Assembly: GCA_964187785.1 (NCBI GenBank)
Contig: OZ076409.1
Span: forward strand, 43,650,001 to 43,714,000
From: Amphiscolops sp. MND2022
Taxonomy: Eukaryota
Direction: 5' to 3'
Length of the DNA: 64,000 bases
A model generated the notes under the pieces. That model saw nothing but the letters and a program-made list of their open reading frames with translations. It was not told the origin of the DNA and ran no database searches. Positions 47,950 through 61,227 of the stretch are shown piece after piece. Each line of letters begins with the position of its first letter. Position 1 is the stretch's first letter. The position numbers and the translations under genes are program-made.

Positions 47950-50900
47950 CTTCAAAAATTAAATTCGGTTGATCGTACTGATGGAAATTCTGTTCGATCC
48001 TTAATTCAAGAATTGATACAACTCAATGATAATAAAAAAACGAGGTTATTAAATTACGTACGGATTACGATCAACTTAAAAACAAAAAGGACCAAGTGAG
48101 AAAAAATAACGAAAAGTGGACAATACTCTTTGTATATGTGTCTGACATTCCATGGTATTCGAGATGGTGGTGAGTACCGGTACATAAAATTGTAGAAATC
48201 ATCAGGTCAGTACAAATTCCAATCGAGCCTTAAGATGTTGCAGCATGTCATTACCTTCCCGGTGATAGTAGAGACCAAGCAAATTTTGTTGAATTTCTTC
48301 ACAAACATCAACGTGATAAATTTTGGGAGCTGCGTAAATCTTCTTTTGATCCACAAACAAAGTCAATTATTTATGTCAGTGAAAGGCTTGCTGGAAATGA
48401 TTGTGACATTTACAACTACTCTAGAAAAGAAAAACTTTTCATTGCAGCTACTCAAAAAAACAAGTACGAGTCAAGGATTCCGAACATGATAAAACATGGT
48501 ACGCGTTGGACAGTCGTAAAGACGCTGATGCTATTGGGAACAAAATGGTCTCCACAAGCGAGCTCGCTGAGTGGGGCATGGAAAAATATCCAACCAACGA
48601 AGTAAACATGGATGAAAAGAAAACATTGGAAAAACGAAATCGACACGTTGCATTTAATTCTCCCTTTCCCCAATGAGAAACAACCAGATCAAAGTGACAA
48701 GATGGATAAATTATCCAATCTCACTGAAAAACTCTTCACGTTACTGGTAGAGAGGCAAACGCCGCCATAAAAATAAATCTGCAATTGAAGACGAACGCAA
48801 TAACGAATCTAATGGAAGCATTGATTGAGAAGCCTGAAACAAAATTTCTGAAGTGTCAGTTATTTCGTTTTACAAGGAAGCGCCGAAGAGATCAACTATT
48901 TTGGGCCTAATCATTCAGTCTTTAAGACTCCATCAACCTGATTTAACTTTGCTTCTTGATACGATGACAAGTGAACCTGACATTATATTATCGACGAAAA
49001 CTTGGCTAACTGAAAATGACCCCATAGATAAGTTGAATATCGAAGGCTATCAACCTCTCGAATCAAAATCTCGAAGTTTTTCTAACCCAAGGTCAGGCGG
49101 TGTATGAGCATATTTTTCAGAGGCATGTGAGTATCAGTCGATCCCCTATGAAACTGTTATCGAATGCGCAACCTACGAAGTGACATTTTATGATAAAAGA
49201 TGGTTTTTTGTGTTTTTTGCAGACCCGAGACTGTCAGACTAGCCAAGTTTTTGAAACATTTGAAATTTCTTAAACTCAATGAACCAGAAAAATTTAATTT
49301 TCGGAGATTTCAACATCGCCAAACTACCAGACGAATAGGTTCAACGAGATAACAAAACCCTGCTTAGTGCTTACAATCTAAGAATGAAAAATTTCAGCTC
49401 AACACGGGTAACACCCATGTCGAAAACGTGTATTGATCATTTTATTACAATGAACGAAACTGAAACTGAAACTTTGCAAACAACGAGAAGCGATCATTTC
49501 ACGGTTTCTGCTCAAGTTTCTCATATTTTAGCATGCGAACAACAAGATCCACCAGGTGCTAAAGTTCGGAAAAATACTTGACTTTTTTCTTTCTTCTCGA
49601 TCAAAAGTTTAAACAACTCCCACAACATATGAATGGAAATGATTACGTGGATGCATTGGCAAAAGATATTTATGGAAATGGTCGATGAATTTGCGCAAGG
49701 AAAGCGTGTTCAGAATATTAAAAAACATGTTATAGAGACTTGGATCTTTAACGAAATTAAAAATGCAATTTTAAAAAGGAATTAATTGTTCAAAAATTGG
49801 ATGCAAAATCCTACAGAAACGATTCGCGAAAGATACAAAGCTTCACGTAATAACGTTACCAATTTGATCAGAGAAGAAAAACGCAACAAAAATTTCCAAA
49901 AACTGGGGAAATCCAAAACCCAAACAAATCTAGAAAAGTTGTAATTGAAAAATAAGGGCCAAAACTGTTAAATAACTATTTTCCTTCTTTCGGACCCTTC
50001 TTGTCTCAAAAAATTCAAGAAACATCTTCAATTTTCTTTATAAAAATGCAACTAAAGACTATGTTCTTGAGCGAAACCAATAAACAGGAGATTTCCAAGA
50101 TCTTATGCAACATAAAAAACAAGAAGGTTATGATGGAATCTCAAACGAAATTTTGAAAAGTTGTTCTCCCATCATTGAATGCTATCCTGCAAAAGCCGTG
50201 ACCAAATGCATAACTGAAGAAATTTTTCCCGATTGTTCGAGAATATCGAAAGGTCATTCCTTTGTACAAGAAAGAGGATAAAAAAGGACCAGGAACCTAC
50301 AGACCTTTTGGTTTACTAATCCCTTTGAGCAAAATTTTCGAATCTGTTCTCCTTAGAAGGATGTTAGGTTTTACTGAAAAGTGTACACTCCTATCATTAA
50401 ATCAGTTCGGTTTCAGACCTAGAAAGTCATGTATCCACGCGATTGCTAAAATTACTGATTATACCAGAAATTCAATTGATAGAAAGGAAACAGGACAAGC
50501 TTGCTTCGTCGATTTGAGTGAAGCATTTGATACGATTGATCATTCAGTTTTAGTACGCAAACTGGAAATAGATGGTTTCAGAGGGAAAAATTTCAACCTA
50601 ATTGAAACCTTCTAACCAGCTGATTACAAAACATTGACTCTCCCGAGAAGACATCAGGGAAAGGTAAAGTTTTATGTGGTGTTCCACAAGGATCAGTGCT
50701 AGGCCCTTTCCTTTTCTAGTGTACATTATTGGCATAGACAATGCTTGCACAGAAACTTCTTCAACAAGGTTCGCCGTTGACACAAGAGGTATCAAAGCAG
50801 CTCGTAGAACTGCTTTTCTGGTCCTCGAAGATGTGAAAGTAATGACCCGTTGGTTCGATGCTAACAAATTGACAACCAATGTTGATAAATTTGAAGCGAT

Positions 50901-51850
50901 TCTTTTTGAAAGGTGCTTACCTGATGAAGTTCAGACAAAGACAACCAATTACATTACAAACCCTGTTGTAAACATTTAGGTGTTTGCATTGATCCAACGC
51001 TGACTTTCAGAGACCACATAGACAATGTTGTGAGAAATCTGAATAAAATCTGCGGTTTAATTTACCACGTAAGGCATCTGTCCCCAAATAATTGTTTGTT
51101 ATTGTTTAACAACGCGTATGCTAAATCGAACATAATATATGGCCTTCTATCTTACGGAGCTGCGATCAAAACTAATCTATCTAAGATAGACAGTGTGCAA
51201 AGAAAACTTCTACGAGCTATTTTTTTAAGAAACGACAAGATTCTTTGCAAGAAATACTTGCTGTAAACAAAATCAATACTGTTTACGAGCTTTTCATGAA
51301 AGAATTGGTTTTTGAAGTTTTTAAAATGAGATCTGATTTTCCATTAAAACTACTAGATTTTGAGAAACTGCCCAAGTCCAACACGACAACAAGATGGAAC
51401 TCTAAAGGAGTTCTCGCTCCAATTGTGTCTCGACTCGAAGTGTAGTCAAGAAAAAATGCTTAGCAAATTTTTTAATGAAAGCTTATAATTGGTTGACTGA
51501 ATAGAACCTCATACCACCTAACGTGATAAATTTGAGCCAGGAGCAATTGAAAAAACATATGAAACTTGTTAACGACATATACATCACTGACAATAAAGAG
51601 CTCTTTAGTCTGTATTTTTGTGCCTAAAATATTTAATCCAGCAAGATAGCATGCAAGTTGGTGCTTTCAATCGATGCAAAAAGGACACTAGCTCGAACAG
51701 CAATTATGTTCGTCTAGTGTCCTAACTGGTTATTTTGTATGATAGGTAATTATTTGTTATTTTTGTCTCATGCTATTCGGTTAAATTAACTTCTTCTTCT
51801 ATGGAAATTTTAGCTAGCATGTGATAAGTTATGCATTGCAATAAAAACAG
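47950..51850 (+). mobile_element. Decayed near-full-length non-LTR retrotransposon (CR1/L2-group LINE) in CCDC105 intron 1
   Basis: ORF1 remnant DVAACHYLP (~48235); APE endonuclease PDIILSTKTWL, GGV, GDFNI, TRVTPMSKTCIDHF, SDHF (48900-49500); RT YRP..LSKIFE, NQFGFRP, FVDLSEAFDTIDH, CGVPQGSVL, degenerate FAVDT (50260-50790); 3' stem-loop and AATAAA at ~51840. Boundaries approximate. Confidence 0.88.
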
Positions 51851-52300
51851 TCAAAATCCTTCGAATGCAATAAATTATGCAGATGATTTTTTTCGTGAAA
51901 ATATGTAAAAATCAAAAATGAATAAAAAAACGTGAATTAGCAAATGTGTTAAAACATATTCATAACGTAGTTTAACGTTCAAGCTAAGTGTAAGTTCATA
52001 TACTTTGCTTTCTTTTAGACGCTGAACTATTCTTCAACAATATACCAAATTTTGAAACATTTTCTATTTTAGCTGTATTAAAAAGCATCGCTAATGCCCA
52101 AAAACAAACATCTAGTTTAATGCAAAATAATTCATGATGTTGAATTCGTGGGTTTTCGTCCATTAGCATTCCTGACCTCATATTTCATCCATGATCATGC
52201 ATAAAGTAATAGCTTTATCTATGATTATCTATTAATCATAATCATGGGTATCTTTCCATGATCGTTGAAAATTTTTCGGCTGGGTGATTACATGGTATGC

Positions 52301-52723
52301 GGAAAACTCGTCGAAAACAACTCGCCGAATGCAACTCGTCGAAAACAACTCGTCGAAATTAAAGGGCGGAAAACTGGTCGAAAATTAACTCGTCGAATGA
52401 TAATTAAGTGCAAACTCGTCGAATAATTACAGAGAACCCACTGGGATGGTTCAGTTCTAATTATTTTTTAATTTTCGCTAATTGATGCGTAAAATCTTAA
52501 GTTTTACGCATAATATAGCTTGTTTAGTTATATAATTGCGCAAAATGTTTCACTTTTATAGTTTACAGTGTAACACTTCATAATAATTTAGAACTTCATA
52601 ACACGGTATGATCACAAAGTTAGCTCTATATTTGCCTGAGATTATCTTTTATTCTTGCGACGAGTTTTCCGCCTAGAATTTTCGACGAGTTGCTTTCGGC
52701 GAGTTGTTTTCGACGAGTTTTCC
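52301..52723. mobile_element. MITE/foldback element with inverted termini built from ~14-bp subrepeats
   Basis: Left GGAAAACTCGTCGAAAACAACTCGCCGAATGCAACTCGTCGAAAA mirrors right TTTTCGACGAGTTGCTTTCGGCGAGTTGTTTTCGACGAGTTTTCC; AT-rich non-coding interior. Confidence 0.85.
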
Positions 52724-52933
52724 TAGATTCGTCAGACAGCTCAAATATATAAAATCACACACAATTCATCAATTTTTTCATTCTATCGCCCCACTCGCTT
52801 CAATCATGCATCTCCCAGTTTGATTCTTCTATCTGGGAAGCTCACACAAAATATTCACAAGTTTCAATCATTTTTGATTTGAAATAATTCCGGTCATTTC
52901 TTCGTTCTCCCTGCTTTTTAAACCAGTTGCTTT

Positions 52934-54815
52934 TTAATCTGTGGGTAAAGAATTTGCAGGCCCCACTTTATTTTTGCGAATCTCGGATCCTTTGAAGTAC
53001 AACATTACTTTTTTGATGATACATTCAACATATTGTAGGACTGAAATTACGCTCAACCCAAGCCACATACCCAAAAGTCCCCCAATATTGCTAGTGAAGG
53101 TATACAGAGTCATAATTTGTACTGATTCTATTACCATGATAGGGGAGTTTTCAGGTACAAATATACTCAATTGCGCCACATTTTTCCCATTTCTTTCCAG
53201 AGCTGTGGAAATATTGTGGGAAGATGAAACATCTTGCAGAATCCGTGCAGCCATAGGACTTCTCGCATTGCTGTAATTCAATTCACCAAGCAACTCCATC
53301 AAAGACTGCCGATCAGCGTTCAAATCTTCTTTTCTTGGATTTGTGAAGAAAAGTTTTTGTTCACACTTTGCGACACATTTTTGTTTACATTGTCCGCTGT
53401 CGGATACCGCTTTAGTGGCAACATTTGGGTCTTTCAAGCACTCTCGAAAGTCTTCTCTCTCAAGACACTCAGTTTTGGTAACATTCAATCCCGTGAAGGG
53501 CACACAATGACATATTTTGTAGAATGCTTCAGCAAAACATAGATGATGGCAGGTCGAGGGACTATAGAGTGTCTGAAATGGTTCCCCTGTAAAGTTTTGC
53601 ATTTCGAGTCCTTGCTTTGAGACGCACTTAGATTTAGAAAAAGATGTTTCTTGCTTTTTGTGGACTATGGTTACTGGAACAATAAGTGCTTCTCCAGGCC
53701 CAATATACGATGCCGCCACACTGGGTGTGTAAGTTTCAGGATGATCGACTACAACGTTAGCCCCAATTGTCCTCGAGTACTTGCCCAAGGTTTTGTGTGG
53801 ATTGAAATAGAAGTAGATATTTACGTTATGATAGTGTCCTTGTCCCATTAGGGACACAGTTCCTTCGAAGCACGGAGAGCGTGGTTCATCATAGAAATGG
53901 AAAATCTCCGAACAGTTTTTGAAAGAATAGTCCACAACGCAAGATATCATAAACTGGTCAACGTCCATCAGAAACTCTTTTACGATTCGTTGGCTCAGGA
54001 AGAAGCGATTGTTCATGTGGTTTTTAGTCACCCACGTTGAGTCATCGAAGGTGTAGTTTCCCGCAATTGCCTCCACTAGAAACCAGTAGGTGTCCTTGCC
54101 GAACTCAGTCCCATTGTAGTTTATGATTTTGTCCGGATCCAGGAAGACTTTGTTGCAGATTTTGATTTTGATTTCAATCGGCTGATCCTTCAAGTTACCC
54201 AAAAGAGATGTCTTTGCTCTAATTTTTAATCGAGTTATTCCCGAAGAAGAAAACATTTTAATGAAGTGTGTTTTTTAATTGGATAAGAAAGAAAACCTAT
54301 GTTAGTTGTCCAATTTTTTGCGTGGGCATTCCAAGCTTCAATCTCATCCCTAGAATGGGACTATTAACTACCACTACTACACTAATTCATGAGGCTTCCA
54401 TGCATGGAATCATATGATCGGCTGAATTGCATGCGATTCCATGCATGGAATCATGAAACTTTTGATTTCCATACGTTTCTATGCAGGGAATCATGATTCC
54501 CTGCTATTCCATGCATGGAAACGGCATGAATTTATCATATGGAATAATATGATTCCATGCAAGGAATTGAATGTAATCGCTCCCCAATTTAGCTACTATA
54601 AGTAGTGAAAAACATCCCTGTGGGATATCTTGGTAGCTAGTGATTGTGACAGGGTTGTGTTTGGAATACTCTTTCATCATTTCCCAGCACAAGTTAAACA
54701 GGAAAAAGAAACACGTCATTCGCACCGCAATCCAGTAGCCCTTGTGAAGTAAACTTGGAACTTTCAGCCATGGGATCAAAACTACTTTATCCTCCACGCA
54801 CAAAGCTTCATTCAT
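52934..54815 (-). CDS. DEG/ENaC-family subunit, paralogue 2, nested antisense in CCDC105 intron 1 and interrupted at 54188-54617 (possibly a pseudogene)
   Basis: N-part 54815-54618: TM1 GYWIAVRMTCFFFLFNLCWEMMKEY..PVTITSY. C-part 54187-52934: DQPIEIKIKICNKVF, YSPSTCHHLCFAEAFYKICHCVP, CKQKCVAKC, TM2 FTSNIGGLLGMWLGLSVIS. Colinear with paralogue 1. Confidence 0.85.
54395..54570. repeat. Cluster of palindromic TTCCATGCATGGAA motifs plus a 22-bp perfect palindrome
   Basis: Motif copies at ~54397, 54437, 54507 and 54554 (variant); GCAGGGAATCATGATTCCCTGC at 54483-54504. Confidence 0.8.
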
Positions 54816-56818
54816 CTTTTCTCGAGGTCTGTTTCACCCCTGGGAACAAAATTTCAGAAAGAACAAACAAGTTAGCAGACAAAGAAGTGCAGTGGTACCG
54901 TGCCTTTGGACGGGGCCAGGAGGATTACCAAGACAAGACACTCGCTGACCACCTGAATCCATTTAGCGAAAACACGTTTTTAGCCCGCCTTGAGCGTAGC
55001 CAATATACTACGAAAGTTGTACGAAAATTTCGAGAAATTTTGACTATTTTTGGCCACGAAAAACGTAGGTCAATGATGCAATGTTTCGTATTAAGTGTTT
55101 TGGATCCAAGTCAAACGTTCTAATTATACCAGTTCAGAAATGCCGCAGATGAATTTACAATTACTAAAAAGTAGTAGCTGATTTTCGTCGGTAACGAGTC
55201 TGAAAAAAAACGAAGACTTACCTCAATAACACTCCGAGAGTGTATAAAACCTACACAACTTCTCCGCAAGGTATGTAGTTGAACCTTTGGCACACCAACT
55301 TTGCATACCACGCTTCACTAGCTAGTGAATAATATTTAATAAAATATTTACTTAAAATTAAATAAAAAAAACTGAAAAAAAATTCAATATACTCCCCATC
55401 TTCAAAGAAGCTACTCCGTTAAATCTTTGCGGTTTTCCCTCCAATTTCCGAAGGGTAAACATTTTCATTCCCAGGTGTACACTTTTTGTGAGTTCTTCTA
55501 TTTTTTTTCAAAGCTTTGTAGATCCATCTTGGCACACTAATATTTTCCTTGAATATCGGTAGTAAACAAATTTTTCTGAACCTTTTACTCAGCATTCAAA
55601 ATTGTTTCCGAAACTCAATTGATTAATATGAAGCTGTCAAAATGTGTTCATCCCGGTATTTGCATTGAATTTTTGGGTGACAAAAAACACACTTCTGTTC
55701 TAGTTAAAAATCGTAAAAACGGGCAATCTTGATACGTAGCTAATTCATACAAAACATGCTCAGTTGATGCTTAAAACAACGCCAATGCATCATGCATTGG
55801 CGTTGTTTTCTCAATGATTGAGATTTTGGCCCATCTGGTAGTTTAGACGAACGAAAAAATCACATACGATTTCCCCGTACAGTACTAATCGTAACCAGTT
55901 GCTTCAAAACTGCTCGAAAGGTTTCATTTTAGCTTGTCAATTAGTCAAACTAGTCACTGCTCGTCAAACAATGTCAATCAATTTTCACCCAACAACCGTG
56001 AGAACAAAATGGCAGAATGTCTCAACAGTAATTGTATCACTAGGAATTTCGTACCATTGAAAAATCGATATCGAAAGCTGTAGATACAAAAGCTGCAGCT
56101 CAAGCGGCCGCGGTGTGAAAATGAGAAACATGTTTCAAATACCATCATGTCGACATCGTTTGCGATGAAATTTTGGTCCACTGAGCTAATTGATTTCGAC
56201 AAAAAATCATCTTTACCATTGACTGCCAGTCTGATGACTAAATGAAGGAACTTTTCCAGTCAGTACTCCGACGCCCCGAAAGCTGTTTTGAAGAATCGTG
56301 GATATCCGACAAAATATTAACCAAACCAAGAAAAACGCCGTTGAGTTCTTTATATTCGAGAGATGTTCTAAAAAACACTGAATTTACTTTTGGTTCGATT
56401 TTAATTTTCAGTACTGTAAAATGAGGGCCTTTCAGTACAATTTTAGCTTGTTCCAGGCGTGCAATTTTGCTATCGTGGACAAATGTATCAAAAAATATGG
56501 TCATTTGGACAAAAGCATCTGTAGAGACCATCCTATAAATATTCGTAACAATATAAAATTCTTTTATCCGTGAATTATATTTTTTCAGGAATAAAATGCG
56601 CTCTCGTGTTATTTAAAACCTGAAAGAAGGTGTATACGGGGGAAATAAAAAATATTGTCCCAAACTGTTTGAAAAATTTACAAACTAAATTTAACAAGCT
56701 TTTTGAGCAGTGAAAAATTTATACGTGTTCTGACGGCAATGCAATGAACTAACCTTGAATAATAGAGCTTTGTGTTACAAACGTAACTTTGATGTAACGT
56801 AACTTCAAATTTGATTTT

Positions 56819-57297
56819 AACAAGACGAGAACGTCTAAAGTCGCCGCTATATCTGAGGCCTCAAAAGCGCAAAACTTTTGGAAGAAAAACTAGAAATTTT
56901 TGATTTTTTTTGAAAATTTCGCATCGTGCCGAAAAATGTAGAAGAGGGACCCTTTTGGATTTATTAACATACATTCTGTTGCAAAATATCAAAACACTCG
57001 AATGAGGGACCCTTTGGGGACGATAAAAATTTTCGGAAAAAAAGTCGCACAGTGCCGAAAGAAATTGAAAGGGGGACCTTTTAGTCTCGTCCGGTTTTGT
57101 AGGTTACGTTAAAAAAGTAAAAAAAATGAAAGGGGAAACAAAATTTGCTTTGGCCGGACTTGGCCTTAGTGGTTCAGGAGTTTCTCTAAAAAGTGGACCG
57201 ATCAATGTGAGGTCTGTGGTCTGAAGAAAAAAATGGTCTGAAGAAACTGTAATAGTAGGGCGTTTTTCTTTAAAAGGAAAACGCACCGACTAAAAAA
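56819..57297 (+). mobile_element. Non-autonomous Helentron/HINE-like element
   Basis: Starts AACAAG next to a T-rich site; internal ~60-bp subrepeats (gtgccgaaa..ggggaccctttt/gg, about 3 copies); imperfect 3' hairpin TAGTAGGGCGTTTT..AAAACGCACCGACTA (57253-57292) followed by an A-run. No TIR/TSD. Confidence 0.5.
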
Positions 57298-58803
57298 CAC
57301 TGAAACTAGTTCCGACTCCATCTCTAACAATTTCATTCTCTAACCTAACTTGTTGGCGCGGAACAAGCAAGTCGGCGTTTCTAAGCAGCACCTTTACAGA
57401 TACTATCTCCTCATAGCAAGCTATAGTACCGTGTTTGCAGCCAAGTTGTCAAGCAATGGTTGACTTGGAGCTGTGGTTTCAAAGTGACAGGTTCAAGATC
57501 AAAAAGGTCTGACTACTTGCTCGCTGTTGCTATTTTCAACACTTCGGAATTTATTTAGGTTTTCGGAAGTATTAAACGTGTTATTAGTTTTTTCCGTTCT
57601 TAACGTTTTTTCCGGCAAATTTTTCGTCTTCATATTTTTTTCATAGGTCACAATTTTGGATCAATTGCGGCACTTAAATCTGACATTTTCGAACTTTTTC
57701 AACATTTTTTTGCTAAATACTTGACTTAGCAATGATCGCCAAAAAATTCAAACTGTTATTGAGTAGCTGAGTGATACTTAAAGAAAACTGTAAAGGGTTT
57801 GAATGTTGAATGGATGCAGTACGTATTCTCTAATTCAATTTTTTTAACTGACACAGTTTTTGCTGAGATCTTTAGACTGGTATTTAATTGATGTTGACAA
57901 CTGATGATAATAAATGTTTACAAGTACTTCGGTCTCTACTACACAAACGTTTCCTCCGATTGTTATTCTCTTAACACGAACAAACTTGGTATAGGCGGAG
58001 AAACTTGATCGGTTGGGGCCTTGCAAAATGTACTTGTTTCTTACATTTTTAATTTTTGTCCGACATGAATGATTTTTCGGTAGAATAATTGGCAATAATT
58101 TTTCAAAAATCGAACTTTCAAGAATTTTGCTAAAGACGCTAAAGCAAGAAATGTTTGCTAAAATCCGCCTAGATTTTTAGCGAGAATACAAAACTCACTT
58201 ACTCAAATTAAAGCACTTACTATTCAATTGGACCACCGAGGCCGTGCGATTAACATTTTAGGTTGCGCAGGATAGTTAAGCAATTTCAATGTCTACTGAC
58301 GTCATGTCTGTCTGTACTGACAATCCGTCGATGGCCATCCGTGGACCACTGATGACCAACGGTGGAAGCAAGTTTTTCTCAGTTGAGCCCATTCCCATCA
58401 GTGACCAGCGGAGAACTATCTGTAGGAAAATTTCTTTTTTTTCTGAACTTAAGGGAGCACAACACTTGCGGAATATTAGGCATCATATTCCATACATCAT
58501 GGCTATCATAGAAACCAAGGGCTATAGGTGCACCTATGGAAATAGTCAACATTTTGTTCAAAAAGAAACAAAACAACACGCGGCTGATGCCTAAACAAAT
58601 TTTCTCATAATTGGTTGATCCTTTTTTTTCTCGGAAGCGTTTCTGTAAAACCCACACTGTATGTCACGAATGTCAGTTGTCTATTTTTATTCAATTATTT
58701 TTGATTCAAATCTAGTCAGGTTTTCGGGGTTTTTTGTAAAACTTACTTTTTATAGTTTTGTGTAATTTTTTAATGGGTGATTAATTATTTATATTTGTTT
58801 CAG

Positions 58804-59010
58804 TACTTAGACCAATGCAGAAAACGACTGGCCAGAGTTTTGGATGAAAGAAACCAAGTTCTGGACCTCATTTGTCACTCGCGCAACTCGATCAAGCATG
58901 AAAACCTTTTGAAAAGCCAGCTTTTACCCAACGGAACTGACCTCTTGCGACCCAACACCTCCGCCATGTCAGGCATGCTGACCCCTAAAATCGAAAGCCA
59001 AAAAATTACA
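58804..59010 (+). CDS. CCDC105: CCDC105/TEKTL1 coding exon 2
   Basis: tttgtttcAG acceptor, 69 codons YLDQCRKRLARVLDERNQVLDLI.. (cf. human [22 protein letters not shown]), GTAAGT donor at 59011, phase 0-0. Confidence 0.85.
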
Positions 59011-59649
59011 GTAAGTATATGGCTCATTTTCAAAAACATACCCTAATTTAGTTAGTGAGTCAATAAATGGCAAAACTTTTTTGTAACGTTTCTCGTAAAA
59101 TTAGTTCACGACACAATCACTTTCGGAACAGCCATTGGAATGAGCTGTTTTTTGAAGCGCGGCACATTTTGTTGAAACAGTTTAGGAGAACGTTAGTTTT
59201 TTCAGAATACTGTTCTAGTTATAAGGTGTTTTCTGCCAGAAGTGTTTTTTTTCGTACATTTTTCTGACTTGGCATACGAAAAGCAGGTTTTCAAAAACAA
59301 ACAACGCTTGTGTAACAGAAAAATGGACCAATCGGAGCTCGCTAAATGCATCCTTTGAAAAATGGAAATGAATTTTTGGGCATAATCGATTTTTTATACG
59401 ATTTCTCTGACGTTTCAAAATTCTTCTTCCGAAAACGAACCAGTATTAATTATGGCCACCAATGCAAATTGTTACTGATCCAAAATTTCTTTTACCGGTG
59501 GCCGCTGGTAGTCCACAGTACAGTGGCAGCACATGTCAACCTACAAACATTTTCGCAATCTTTTTCCCTAGTTTTTTTAATTTAGGAGTGTTTACTACTA
59601 TTTTCTGATCAAAACGTTTTCATTAAATATCCGTATCCAACGTCACGAT

Positions 59650-60390
59650 AGATTCTATGTAATTCCATGCATGGAACTACTTGGTTCCATACAATAACTC
59701 CCTGGCGCTTCCATGCATGAAATCATGGCGCGATTATTGCGTTTGTTTCTCGGAAAAATGCACCTTTCACTAGCGGTTTCATCCAATGGTCACAAAAACG
59801 AAACAGTTTGCATCAGTCGACACAAATAAAACTTTTTCATAATGATTTATTAACAAGAAGATTCTCCTGGGCAAAAAGCTTGTTTCAGTCATTTAAATTT
59901 CATCAACTGAATTTTGACTCAACAGAGACTGCTGGATTGATTCAATGTTTCAATTATCGAATGGCGAAGAAACTGAATTACAAACTCCAGTCTAAATAAT
60001 ACCTCTAAAAGTGTGATTCTAGTAAAGTATCATAAATTTTTCATTGCAAATTGAACTGGCATTTGGAACACAGCTGCAATGTTAATTGAAAAACAAATAA
60101 CCCACTCATATTTTGTTCACGATTAAGAGTTTGAAATTGATCGGTACGAACCTTAAACGATCATACTTGTAGTTTGTTTTGAAAAATGGTCCGACAAAAC
60201 GTGAAAAATCATAATTTTCGATACCTGGTATAGCTTTTCACTATTTTATAATAAAGATTGCATTATGCATTCATATTATTGCTTTTGAAACACCATATGG
60301 TTCCATAGGTTTCTATGTATGGAACTATAGGGTTTCATGCATGTAAACTCATTAAATTTGTGGATGTCATGGTTCTATGCATGGAATCTC
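59650..60390. repeat. Probable non-autonomous element bounded by TTCCATGCATGGAA-type motif clusters
   Basis: Motif copies at ~59662, 59709 and ~60310-60388, the same family as 54395-54570. Exact termini not resolved. Confidence 0.45.
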
Positions 60391-61218
60391 AAACCGTACC
60401 TAGGGGCACGGTAGAATGTGTTGAACGTCGCCCTCAGTTGGTAAGAACAGTTGCCTGACTAGAACAGTAAATCTCACGGTCGAATCCGTATACCGGTCGA
60501 AATTGTTTGTACTTCTGAAACTAAAAAAAGACGACAATTTACTAGATGGTATCGTACGTAATTTTTTTTCGAAAGTATGATATTTTGGTAGTGGAAAAAA
60601 TGAATTAACATAGCCAGCTACATCCATGGCCATATAATATCAATCACCAGGATTTGACCAATGGATCGCTTTCAAGACGAAAAACAAGAATGAAATCTAC
60701 TTCCCCAGTTCCACAGTGTGGACACGAAATTAACAATTCAGCTTTTCGAATTCAGTGCCTTTTCGGGTACTATCTCTTCACAGCAATCCATGGTACCTTG
60801 TTTGCAACCAAGTCGTAAAGCCGTAGTACGTCTCGAAGCTGTGCTTTCAAAGTTATTTTCGGAAGATCTCAAGTGTCTCACTGCTCGCCGATTTTTATTT
60901 TCTCCGCCAAATGCGTTATTTTTGCCAAGACTATTCCACTAAGCCACACGGACTTACGCCATGAGAAACCATTTGATTTGTTTTTTTGGAGGAGTAAGAA
61001 AAAACTCGTCATACTGTAGAAATTGCAATATTGTGATATGTTATATGGGGACTGGGTTTCAACTAAGTTATGTCAGAAAACAAATGCAAAGGGAATGTCT
61101 TGAGAAGATATAATCAACTGTATCCTGCATGATGACGAACTCTGAACTTTTTCACCCTTGAACTAAAAGTATCAGGCCATTTCATTAATTTAATAACTTT
61201 GCTTTCACTTTTCTGCAG

Positions 61219-61227
61219 AAGCCTGTG
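61219..61227 (+). CDS. CCDC105: Candidate 9-nt microexon (Lys-Pro-Val) of CCDC105
   Basis: taataactttgctttcacttttctgcAG|AAGCCTGTG|GTAAGA; phase 0-0, matching the flanking exons. Confidence 0.5.

Noticed and set aside
46802..52286. Large DNA transposon with CACCCAG termini enclosing the LINE
   Set aside because: Only a 7-bp inverted match and no clear TSD; cannot be supported.
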